Assembly: GCF_001194135.2 (NCBI RefSeq)
Contig: NC_068992.1
Coordinates: forward strand, 55,448,564 to 55,507,869
Direction: 5' to 3'
Length of the DNA stretch: 59,306 bases
From: Octopus bimaculoides
Taxonomy: Eukaryota
How positions within the stretch are numbered: the first letter of the stretch is position 1; each line of letters begins with the position of its first letter. Shown one piece after another: positions 39,348 to 50,960 of this stretch. A program made the translations under genes and the position numbers. The notes under the pieces are model-generated. The model saw nothing but the letters and a program-made list of their open reading frames with translations, did not search any database and was not told where the DNA came from.

Positions 39348-39602
39348 GCATTCACGTGATAATATTCCATCTTCAGTAAAATGTATATTACTCTACCTTT
39401 AGTATTCGAGTACTATTTTTCCACCTTGCTTTCTACTTATGTGCTCACCTGAATATATGGATCTGTGTATGCGTGCGCGCGTACGAGCGCGCGAGTGTAT
39501 GTGTTTGTGTGTATATGTGTGTGTTGAGGTTTAGGTGCATGCATGTGGATAACTATAAAAGAGCAATTTTCTTTCGACACCAAAGTTCACTGAGTTAATG
39601 AT

Positions 39603-39673
<71 letters not shown>

Positions 39674-39683
39674 TGATGATGAT
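39603..39683 (+). repeat. Compound (ACA)n(ATA)n(ATG)n microsatellite
   Basis: Directly visible stepwise change of the triplet unit. Confidence 0.95.
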
Positions 39684-40321
39684 AAGACGAAGTAGAAATA
39701 TTGATAGCGAATTGTAGTTATAGGAACGAATATGAAAGAATATGATTTGCACTACCCAATAGGGTTTCTTTTCAATGGGCTTTTGCCATGGAAATAATGT
39801 AATAGATTTTGTGATTAATATTCATACAGCCTCTATAGGATATGGTAATTATGACTCATAAATCTTTGCATATTTAAGTTATAATCATTGGGTTCCTTCA
39901 TAATCTTAGCTTTCATAAGTAAAATATATATACGAAAGAATATGGTTTAACGTCTGAAGAGGAGAATTAGAAAAATAATGTCTTAACGAAAGCAATTAAG
40001 ACGAACATTGAACGGTTATTAAACATCAGAGGAGTATGATTGAATTGAAAGAGTCCCAGCCGGATGTAATTAATGTAAGGTCTGAAATATGCAAGAATAA
40101 AGGAATACATAGTTAAGAGAATAGATAAAGCAAATAAAACCGGAATATAAGAAATAAAATGGTTCTTTGAATCGTTGTAAGATATGAAAGTAGAAAGGAG
40201 AAACCCGCTGACATAAATGGCAAGGTGGAACTTTAATAGAAATAACTCTGTAGTTAAAGACACATATTCAGAAAATGAGTTAACCAATTCCACCTATCGG
40301 TGGATTATTAAGGGAGAACGC

Positions 40322-40367
<46 letters not shown>

Positions 40368-40377
40368 NNNNNNNNNN

Positions 40378-40415
<38 letters not shown>

Positions 40416-40431
40416 GCACGCACACATACTC

Positions 40432-40464
<33 letters not shown>

Positions 40465-40496
40465 TAAATATTTATATATGTATATAAATATATATA

Positions 40497-40630
40497 TAGG
40501 AGTGGCCGTGTAGTGCGTAGCTTGCTTACCAACCACATGGTTCCGGGTTCAGTGTCTTCTACTATAGCCTCGGGCTGACCAAAGCCTTGTGAGTGGATAT
40601 GTTAGACGAAAACTGAAAGAATCTCGTCGC
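40497..40630 (+). mobile_element. SINE family A, 5' half with internal deletion
   Basis: GGTTCCGGGTTCAGT joined directly to GTCTTCTACTATAGCC, so the CCTTGGGCAAG block is missing. Confidence 0.8.
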
Positions 40631-41000
40631 ATATATATATATATATATAGATATAGATATATATNNNNNNNNNNNNNNNNNNNNNNNNNNNNNNNNNNNN
40701 NNNNNNNNNNNNNNNNNNNNNNNNNNNNNNNNNNNNNNNNNNNNNNNNNNNNNNNNNNNNNNNNNNNNNNNNNNNNNNNNNNNNNNNNNNNNNNNNNNNN
40801 NNNNNNNNNNNNNNNNNNNNNNNNNNNNNNNNNNNNNNNNNNNNNNNNNNNNNNNNNNNNNNNNNNNNNNNNNNNNNNNNNNNNNNNNNNNNNNNNNNNN
40901 NNNNNNNNNNNNNNNNNNNNNNNNNNNNNNNNNNNNNNNNNNNNNNNNNNNNNNNNNNNNNNNNNNNNNNNNNNNNNNNNNNNNNNNNNNNNNNNNNNNN

Positions 41001-41080
41001 CAACGCCCGGTCTGGGATTCGAAACCGCGATCTCGTGACCGCGAGTCCGCTGCCCTAACCACTGGGCCATTGCGCCTCCG
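41001..41080 (-). mobile_element. SINE family D head (body lost in N-gap)
   Basis: The reverse complement matches 49719-49793 at all but about 4 of 75 nt. Confidence 0.85.
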
Positions 41081-42130
41081 CAGTTCTATATTCTTATATA
41101 TTTAAATTATAACTGACTTAGTGACTCGTAATTGTATACATACATACATGTATGTATGTATGTATGTATGTATGTATGTATGTATGTATGTATGTATGAA
41201 ACTCATTCATTTCTAATTCATCTGAGGCTAGTGGTTGAAAAAATATACTCTGACCTAAATAAGGATCTAGTATTCATGATTCGGAATTGAAACTTAGGGT
41301 CATTATATGGTCAACCTAAGAACAGTTTTTATAGTCGTATCAGATTTCCAAATGTACCTCTCACATTCTCTGCACTCAAAAACTATAGTCTCCAAAAAGC
41401 TAGCTAAACCTACGTATCTTTAGTTTGTTTCAAACCACGACAGTGACTAGATCTTATACAAAGCTGCTCAGACTACGTAGGCAAGTATAACACTTCCGCT
41501 AGTTTTAATACTAAGGTAGAAGTGTAACAACTAACAAAGAGAAAAATTGTAGCTTTGTGTGAAAGATGTACGCAATCTATCATTTCACCTGAGCAAAAGC
41601 CATTATAGTTATACTGGAGCATTAGAACCGATTAAATAACGTATTTATGTATAGTGTTTCTGAATATCTCATTTACAAACCTTTTGCCACTCTTTCTCAC
41701 TGAAGATTTATACTCTTTCTACAGTTGAAAGCCTTTCGATATCTGAAGTCATTCTGAGTGTACTTTTGGAGATAATGTGTTTGAAATATTATAGGTATAA
41801 GATAACCTTGATTTGTCACTAAAGTCATTTAAGAAAAATTCATTTCTTTGCTAAATATCGGGTAATGAAACGCAGTTGTGATACATACATAATCTATATT
41901 TATCACTTGCAAAATCTTTCATATGAATACATCACAAATGTTTAGTTCATTCACTATAGAGCTGTATTTTAAATTGTATTCTGAGGTGCATTTAATCAAT
42001 CCTTCACTTTTTCATATACCTAAAAGATAATATTCAGTTATTTTGCGAAGACATTAGGGAATTTATTTGAACAAATCAATCCCGATTTGCAAAACACAAA
42101 CACGCACATATGTATGTACATATCTGTGTG

Positions 42131-42200
<70 letters not shown>

Positions 42201-42653
42201 ACATACATATATATACGACTATAAAATACGCACATATATATATACATATATATGTATATGTATGNNNNNNNNNNNNNNNNNNNNNNNNNNNNNNNNNNNN
42301 NNNNNNNNNNNNNNNNNNNNNNNNNNNNNNNNNNNNNNNNNNNNNNNNNNNNNNNNNNNNNNNNNNNNNNNNNNNNNNNNNNNNNNNNNNNNNNNNNNNN
42401 NNNNNNNNNNNNNNNNNNNNNNNNNNNNNNNNNNNNNNNNNNNNNNNNNNNNNNNNNNNNNNNNNNNNNNNNNNNNNNNNNNNNNNNNNNNNNNNNNNNN
42501 NNNNNNNNNNNNNNNNNNNNNNNNNNNNNNNNNNNNNNNNNNNNNNNNNNNNNNNNNNNNNNNNNNNNNNNNNNNNNNNNNNNNNNNNNNNNNNNNNNNN
42601 NNNNNNNNNNNNNNNNNNNNNNNNNNNNNNNNNNNNNNNNNNNNNNNNNNNNN

Positions 42654-42708
<55 letters not shown>

Positions 42709-43174
42709 CATACCATGCTGTAATTTCTGGAAAGCTTATCACTCATCACACAAAGGAAACATAGACTTGCTAACGATAATTGCTAAAAAAATAATTAAAA
42801 GAATATACTTTTTGTTAAATCTAAAAAGAAAATTGTTATTTCATGCATTTTCCTTAAGAACTAATTTCTGACTGTGTTGCTTAATTACCACTAATTCTTT
42901 TTGGAAAGGCGACGTTAGTTTCAAACGTTTTAAATATGTCCATCAGATATTTCTCTGTTTCAATTTACAATATGTACTAAACTGCACAATATGTCTAATA
43001 ATTTAAATCCACTTTCTCACTTGCCATCCAGTTGTGTCCAATTTATTTTTTTCTGAAGCTATTGTAATATAGAGTTAATTCTTCTACGAAGACAAAGACT
43101 ACATTGATTGGAGGTGGGAACTTCTTATTTTGAGCTCTTTCATCGGGCATTCATTTATTTCATCGTTTATTTCT

Positions 43175-43600
43175 TATCTTTTCCTTGTTTCAGTCATTGG
43201 ATTGCGGCCATGGTGGGGCACTGCCTTGCAGAACTTATACTCGAATGAATCGACACCAATATTTTTTTAAGCCTGATACTTATTTTATAGTTCTTTTATA
43301 CCGAACTGCTAAGTTACGGAAACGTAAACACCGGTTAACAAGCATTGGTGTTGGATCAACACAGACATATGGACAAACACACACACACATGCACATACAC
43401 GCGGACAAAGACTCACGCACACATATGTATGTGTGTGTATACATATATATATACGACGCTTCTTTCAGTTTCCGTCTACAAAATCCAATCACAAGGATTT
43501 GGTTGACCCAATGCTATAATAGAAGGCATATCCCCAAAGTCCTATGTAGTGTAGCTGAACCCGGAGCCATGTGGTTGGGAAGCAGGCTTCTTACCACACT
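43175..43600 (-). mobile_element. SINE family A, diverged full length
   Basis: Same block order with a short internal CA/TA tract. Confidence 0.85.
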
Positions 43601-43799
43601 GACACAAAGCATTAGCTTTGATAGATCTTCGATTTTATGTTATATTTTTCAGTCAACAACACCAATTAAGTTTACTGATCGTCGTTTTCTATTGGGATGA
43701 AGTATTCTCTAAAATATAACATCTAATACGTCCTGTTGTTCAACACGATACAAGTGGTCGACAACCCGACTATGCGTTACGCAATAATAGTAGAGATGA

Positions 43800-44200
43800 G
43801 TTAAATATGTCCATAAATCTCATTACGTTCATAAAATGAAATGTTTTGAGTCCTAATAGCAAGTCTTCTATGTGTACCATCAATGGCATCATAAAACTCT
43901 CTCTTTAGAGTCTCCAAACTTCGGCTCCGTAAACGAAAACGTTCTCTGCACATGTCAGGAAGAGGGCAAAAATTGTATTGACTATACAGTGTCCCAAGTA
44001 GTATTGATTTGCGCCTGTGTATGAAATGAGACGAATTGTATTTAAACAAATTATCTCAACATTCTATGCATGGTGTATTAATTATTTCAGTATATCTATA
44101 TTTTGAAGAGAAATTTATTCATATTGAAAACACTTTTGTTTATCATACATCAATTTTTTTCGGTTGCCACTGTAGCCATGGCGTTAATTCCATCCTGCGG
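43800..44200 (-). mobile_element. Decayed RTE/RTEX-like LINE fragment
   Basis: Minus strand: ATEKN*, ENVFVYGAEVWRL, then a frameshift to DAIDGTHRRLAIRTQNISFYERNEIYGHI (compare ESVLLYGCETWTL..LDGCYTRMLR..NISW..LYG). This explains the 43801-44049 ORF. Confidence 0.6.
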
Positions 44201-44463
44201 GTCTTGTTTTATGACAGTATATTCTTCACGATATCATGTGTGAAGGGTGTTATTTTGTATATTAATGTTAGATGACCTACAGTAAAATGCTATTTTTTAC
44301 AGATTTCCAGTAAACAGATTAGCTTTAAATGAAGTAAGCATCAGCCTTAAATGATCTCTTCAGAAGGTAAAAATGATGTTTTTACCGTAGTAACAGTGTG
44401 AATAGCTAAGGCAGACATACGAACAGAGCAAATTTAACAACTTCTCCGTTCATAGAAAAAAAA

Positions 44464-44869
44464 TAAGAATACGGAAGGACAGAATGATAGAATAAAAGTG
44501 TTGGTACCAATATGTGTACAATTTATAAGATTCTAGAATATATCTTGCATTACAAATTTTATAAATTTCATAAATTTCAAACGATCGAAAGCTTTTGAAA
44601 TAAAATTGAGATGAAATGAAAATTATGTCTCGGCATTTGTATATATATATATCTGCAAAGGTAATATACATATATATATACATATATATATATAAATGCA
44701 GACACAGACCTTTTCATTTCATATCAATTTTATTTCAAAATCTTTCGATCGTTTGAAATTTATGAAATTTACAAAATTTGTAATGCAAAATATATTCTAG
44801 AATCTTATAAATTGTACACATATTGGCACCAACATTTTTATTCTATCATTATGGCCTTCGGTATTCTTA
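44464..44869. mobile_element. Foldback/MITE-like element with ~159-bp inverted arms
   Basis: 44464-44622 is the reverse complement of 44711-44869 with only about 10 mismatches by manual comparison. The spacer is TA-rich and both ends carry TA. Confidence 0.85.
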
Positions 44870-45304
44870 GCTATCAAACTTTAAAATAAAAATATGAAAT
44901 GCAATATAAATCAAATATTGTATCAGTATCCGCTCCACTTATTACACAGCGGTAATTATTTCATAAATATTTGTTCAGCAACATTGCTTACGTAGAGATA
45001 TATTTATTTTAATCCTTCTTCGATTTACGCACTATGTTACTCGGTGTGACTAAAAGAATTCCAATATACATATTTACTTTTGCTGAAATTCGTTTTGATC
45101 CATTTATGTAGCTAAGATTACACTAATTTCAAACACACAGTCGCACACTCATACACAGACATGTCCATTTTTGTATGGGTTTGCATATATATGCATATAT
45201 ATCATAGCCATATTTATATCTAGCTCTCTCTCGCTCTCTGTCTGTCTGTCTGTCTGTCTGTCTGTACCTCTCTCTCGCTCTCTGTCTGTCTGTCTGTCTG
45301 TCTG

Positions 45305-45341
<37 letters not shown>

Positions 45342-45694
45342 ATATAAGTATATGTAACTATATATATNNNNNNNNNNNNNNNNNNNNNNNNNNNNNNNNN
45401 NNNNNNNNNNNNNNNNNNNNNNNNNNNNNNNNNNNNNNNNNNNNNNNNNNNNNNNNNNNNNNNNNNNNNNNNNNNNNNNNNNNNNNNNNNNNNNNNNNNN
45501 NNNNNNNNNNNNNNNNNNNNNNNNNNNNNNNNNNNNNNNNNNNNNNNNNNNNNNNNNNNNNNNNNNNNNNNNNNNNNNNNNNNNNNNNNNNNNNNNNNNN
45601 NNNNNNNNNNNNNNNNNNNNNNNNNNNNNNNNNNNNNNNNNNNNNNNNNNNNNNNNNNNNNNNNNNNNNNNNNTATATATATATATATACATAA

Positions 45695-45732
<38 letters not shown>

Positions 45733-45872
45733 ATATATATAATACCGATATAAGGGCAAACGATTCACGAGAAAATTCATTCCCGAAAAATAAATTTCCT
45801 AAGAAATTATTAATGTTGTTATAATCTAGAATGACTATTTAAAAAAGAATGAAAATAACAGAATCAATAATA

Positions 45873-46465
45873 TAGCCGATCGCAGGCCCTAAAAAGTATT
45901 GGTACGCAGGTATTGTTTTGAGCTAAGTGGGGACGCTAAACTTACTTGTTCGAAAACATAAGGACGCATATATTGTGTCATATAGGCAGCTGGAAACGAA
46001 GTTTTCTGGGGCTAAATGACAGTAACAGTCGTCCTAAGCAAGACTTCCACATTTTGTTGGCAAATAATCTTACTCTAGAGTACTGTTACTGAATGTCTCT
46101 CGTTCAGAGATTTAGAAATAATCATTTTCTATTTATTAGATCTGTTACTGTGTGTCACTTTGAAAAATATATATTTCGAACAAGAGTCTAGTGGCACCAT
46201 CTTTAGCCGAGTAGTTATCCTGTGCTGATGAAGGGATCTAACCTAGAAAGCATTGGTGTGCAGATATTGCTCTGACCTGAGTGGGGTCACTAAACGCCAT
46301 TGTTTGAAAATATAAGGACGCAGATAATGTGTCATATAGCCAGCTAGAGACGATGTTTTCTGGGGCTAAATAGCAGTAACAATCATCCTAATCAGGACTG
46401 CCATGTTATGTTGGCAAATAACCTTTACGCTAGAGTACAGTTACTGAATTTAGAAATAAATAATT
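45873..46465. repeat. Diverged direct duplication, offset ~354 bp
   Basis: 45888-46094 aligns with 46242-46449 throughout (e.g. ATAAGGACGCA, GTTTTCTGGGGCTAAAT, TGTTGGCAAATAA, CTAGAGTAC.GTTACTGAAT). Confidence 0.88.
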
Positions 46466-47731
46466 GTTATTGTATCTTATCGTATACTGTCCACTTTTTG
46501 TTACCAAATACTAGCCGCTTACTTCTTGAAGTTCACAAACTTCCTACACTTGGATCCCCGGATCATATGTGCATATTGATATAGCTAGACAGATAGACAG
46601 ACAGATATCACTGAGGAAAAAAAAAGACGGTAATTATACTGACTTTCGAAACACTCCACAATTTTCAAAACTAGGTAGGATTTCTGCCAGTAATTTTCAG
46701 TCCGGATTAGTTAAATTTTATTTATCTAAGAATATAATACCTAACCTAGTAATTGGTTCGTGTCACAGATTGAAAATCGGAATCTAAATGTAGTCATGAA
46801 AGGAGAACACGAGTGGTAGTGAAAGATGTCTAAGACACTGGAAAGATTGTAGGATGTGGGTTGAGGAAGGGTTTACATTACTGATGGTGAATAATGAAAG
46901 TTTTGGATGCTCGAAGTAAAAGTGCGCTGAAATGCTTTAGGACACGCATGATAAAGTGAATTGAAAATAAACGACATGATTTAAGATATACTTATGTAAA
47001 TGAAAATAGATTCAAATATTTTCCGTGTAGGTTTTTAAATGCTCGTCTATGTATTTTTAGACACGTAAATATTTATCTTAACCCCTTAAACGCGTAATTT
47101 AATTTCATGGTTGCTCCCGTACTAATATTGATTATCCTCTAAAATATAGAGTTGGTATTTTCTGAAAGTTACGTTGCCACTAATAAACTTTACATACTTC
47201 AAGAAAAGATATTTTCAAATATAACATTCCTCAATAAAAGACAGACTGATGTGGAAAACTGCTTTCCGCATTTATGTGTAATAAAATTTCGGGTGGATAA
47301 GACTTTTTTCTACGGTAAATGGGTTAAATATAAAATTTTTACGCATTCGAGTGACACATGTTTGGTTCTCCGTCGCTCTCGACGGTGGTTATTCAGTCAT
47401 TCGACCAACTGAAGTTCTACTCAGGGAATTAAAACATTTTAGCGGTTGAGTATATCGCTGAAACGTGACATGTGTATGATGAACGCAACTCTAAGGTGGA
47501 GCCAGCGTGACACAATGTAACAATGCTAGACTTTTGAATTATAGGTACAAATTCAGAGCTAAGAGAGACAAAGAGACAAATAGACCAGAATGCTGAACTG
47601 GCGCTTTATCTATCGACCCAGAAGAGATGAAAGATGAAGCTGAATTCGGTGTGATTTGATCTGAAGCACAGGGAACCGAATTGAATTGTCTTCACAGAAG
47701 GAGGAAATGTAATCTCAAACTGAAAACTTAC

Positions 47732-47753
47732 CTTAAATATTTACGAGCAAATT
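47732..47753 (-). other. Candidate 22-nt micro-exon (unverified)
   Basis: Acceptor TTGGTTGCTTTTAACAG and consensus donor AAG|GTAAGT; open as xFARKYL(R). No homology recognised. Confidence 0.18.
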
Positions 47754-48801
47754 CTGTTAAAAGCAACCAAAGTGCCAGAAGTTGAAGTTAAGCTGAGTGA
47801 TGGATTAATTATATGACTTGAGAAGATTATAGAGGTGCACAAGGTTATAGAAGATCTATGCAGATATCGATTAATTTTCTGGAATATATTAACGGCTAAC
47901 ATCATGAATTAGTTCGGTTGTTGGCAATAGGAAGATAGTTCAGATGTAGAGTTGTGGCGTAGCTTGTTAATATATGCAAGGTGCACTTTTATGGTAGGAT
48001 TTTAAAGTCACAGATAAATATCCGAGTAACAGAATCACATCTTAGCATCTTAATCTTCTTATGAAGAGACATACCTTGCTATGGAAACATGGGCACTTTC
48101 TTACTAAATTAAAAGTAATAGATGTGTAGTTTGGTAGAATAGGATTTACTGTCTTGAGAATACTCCAGATTACTTTTCGTGAACTGATTCTTTTGTCATA
48201 GACTTTCAGACCAAAACGAAATAGTGAAGTGTGAAGTGAAAGTTCTTTTGTATGTGAACCTGAAGGAATGCAAGTGTTGGGTGAACTTTCTTTTGCAACA
48301 TAAGCTGTAAGTCGTGTGGAATATCTTGGAATATCTTGGAATACCACGGGTGTGACGAGATTCACCCCACAGACTATTGCTTTTGGGAGATACAATCATC
48401 TCAGTGGGCAGTGGTTTGATTACAGGTTGATACTAAGGTTGATATTTGCGTGTGCTCAGTGGGTACTGTGCAGCAGAGAAAGTTCCGACATGTGATAGAA
48501 GATTATCAAGATTATTTCTGTTTTTCTACATCTTCTAAGAAGTAGGGTCGGCAGGCATGTTTCATGTACACCAATTTTTCGTTGTAATCACATTTAGTGT
48601 GACGCTATCAAAATTATTTTTAAAGATATACTAAGGATTTTTCTGCTAATGATGCCTACTAAATTTCTAAATATACCAGAGGATGGCTCAAAGTTTTATA
48701 GATATATACGGTTCCCCTATTAGTGTTTCTATAAACACAGTATTTATCCATCCTAAAAATTACAGCATATTTAAGACGTCTACTGTAGTTAGATTCTTGG
48801 T

Positions 48802-48868
<67 letters not shown>

Positions 48869-49341
48869 GATATTCATGCATACACATACCTATACATACA
48901 TATGTAGCTAGATAAGGAATGGTTTGAGCAAATTAAATATTTTTACTTATTTTACACACACCGAACAGAAATTAATTCTAATCCATTATATTATATGTCA
49001 GGAAGAAGTGGATGGAGTTTAGGAAACCGACTGAACTCAGTAGAAAAATGACAACAAATTCAATTTGTTAAAGTGACACATATCGAGTCACACACGCCTG
49101 TATCCATACGTTAAGTTAAAATCATACATAAAAATAACTGCAATGGCAGTCAGAGCAAATCACGTGCACACACACGCACAAACACACAAACAACAGCTCA
49201 CACAAATGTGCTAACAGAGGCAATTTATTAAATGTAGAAATGTACGAAATCTTGTAGTGTAAAGCATTATGCTTAGTGCCTAGAAACTCGCATGTAAGGC
49301 ATGAGTGCATTCATATATTTACAAATATACATGTAGTTATA

Positions 49342-49412
<71 letters not shown>

Positions 49413-49714
49413 NNNNNNNNNNNNNNNNNNNNNNNNNNNNNNNNNNNNNNNNNNNNNNNNNNNNNNNNNNNNNNNNNNNNNNNNNNNNNNNNNNNNNNNN
49501 NNNNNNNNNNNNNNNNNNNNNNNNNNNNNNNNNNNNNNNNNNNNNNNNNNNNNNNNNNNNNNNNNNNNNNNNNNNNNNNNNNNNNNNNNNNNNNNNNNNN
49601 NNNNNNNNNNNNNNNNNNNNNNNNNNNNNNNNNNNNNNNNNNNNNNNNNNNNNNNNNNNNNNNNNNNNNNNNNNNNNNNNNNNNNNNGTTAACATGTACC
49701 TTATTACGACAGAG

Positions 49715-50097
49715 TGAATGCGCAATGGCCCAGTGGTTAGGGCAGCGGACTCGCGGTCATAGGATCGCGGTTTCGATTCCCAGACCGGGCGTTGTGAGTG
49801 TTTATTGAGCGAAAACACCTAAAGCTCCACGAGGCTCCAGCAGGGGATGGTGGCGAACCCTGCTGTACTCTTTCGCCACAGCTTTCTCTCACTCTTACTT
49901 CCTGCTTCTCTTGTGCCTGTAAAAAAATGGGTCAACCTTGTCACACTGTGTCACGCTGAATATCCCCGAGAACTACGTTAAGGGTACACGTGTCTGTGGA
50001 GTGCTCAACCACTTGCACGTTAATTTCACGAGCAGGCTGTTCCGTTGATCGGATCAACTGGAACCCTCGACGTCGTAAGCGACGGAGTGCCAACAAT
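49715..50097 (+). mobile_element. Young tRNA(Arg)-like-headed SINE, family D
   Basis: Intact box A TGGCCCAGTGG and box B GGTTTCGATTCC. The head resembles tRNA-Arg and is followed by a GC-rich non-tRNA body. Confidence 0.85.
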
Positions 50098-50394
50098 ACA
50101 GTTGAGCAAAGCACTTCATTTCACGTTGGTCTGCGATCATTTCGACATCTGACACGTAGCACCCAGTTGCACCTGTACAGGTAATGTCGATTTAATGGAG
50201 GGAGTGAGCTTATGTCAACAAAAATCATTTAACCACTATAAACAAATCATCTGTGTGGTTGTTCGGTAAGAAATTGTTGAACCCTCATACGTCTTGTAAC
50301 GACGGGAGAGTCCGTTATATATACTTTCATAGATACATATGAAAACATCTCTATTATTTTTCTGTATGTTCAGACACACACACGCATACACACA

Positions 50395-50575
50395 GTGGTT
50401 TCAATTTTCGACACTTGGCCAGCAAATTCTGGGGAGGAGTCAGTGTTTAACTGGTGTTCTATTCACCCTGCAATGGTGAAAGGCAAAGTGTCGGAATTTG
50501 AACTCTGAAGATAAAGACGGAGAGAATGCTCCTAAGCATTACCCATCGCGCTAACTATTCTGTCAGCTCACTGCC
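50395..50575 (-). mobile_element. SINE family B, diverged
   Basis: GAAAGGCAAAGTGTCGGAATTTGAACTCTG..AAGCATTACCCATCGCGCTAAC. Confidence 0.7.
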
Positions 50576-50603
50576 TTTATTAATAAAGAAACACATATAT
50601 GTG

Positions 50604-50657
<54 letters not shown>

Positions 50658-50735
50658 TATGTGCGTATGTGTGTCTGTGTGTCTGTGTCTGTATATGAAT
50701 GTATGTATGCATGTATGCATGAATGTATGTATGTG

Positions 50736-50804
<69 letters not shown>

Positions 50805-50805
<1 letters not shown>

Positions 50806-50960
50806 ACGGGATTCTTTCAGTTTCCGTCTACCAAATCCACTCAGAAGGCTTTGGTCGGCCAGAGGCTATAATAGAAGACACTTGACCAAGGTGCCACGCA
50901 GTGGGACTGAACTCGTAACCATGTGGTTGTTAAGCAAGCTACTTACCACACACCCGCTCC
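50805..50960 (-). mobile_element. SINE family A, 5' half
   Basis: TTTCAGTTTCCGTCTACCAAATCCACTCA..AGAAGACACTTGACCAAGGTGCCACGCAGTGGGACTGAAC. Confidence 0.85.

Noticed and set aside
39967-40293. 108-aa hydrophobic minus-strand ORF with a faint GPCR TM5-like stretch (YIPVLF..MYSFIL)
   Set aside because: T-rich strands give hydrophobic translations, a few ORFs of this length are expected by chance, and no other GPCR motifs are present.
48042-48395. 117-aa minus-strand ORF, possibly an old LINE linker region
   Set aside because: No diagnostic motif could be matched with confidence.
49719-49793. tRNA-like sequence as a real tRNA gene
   Set aside because: It has A and B boxes but no convincing cloverleaf or terminator, and it continues into a SINE body.
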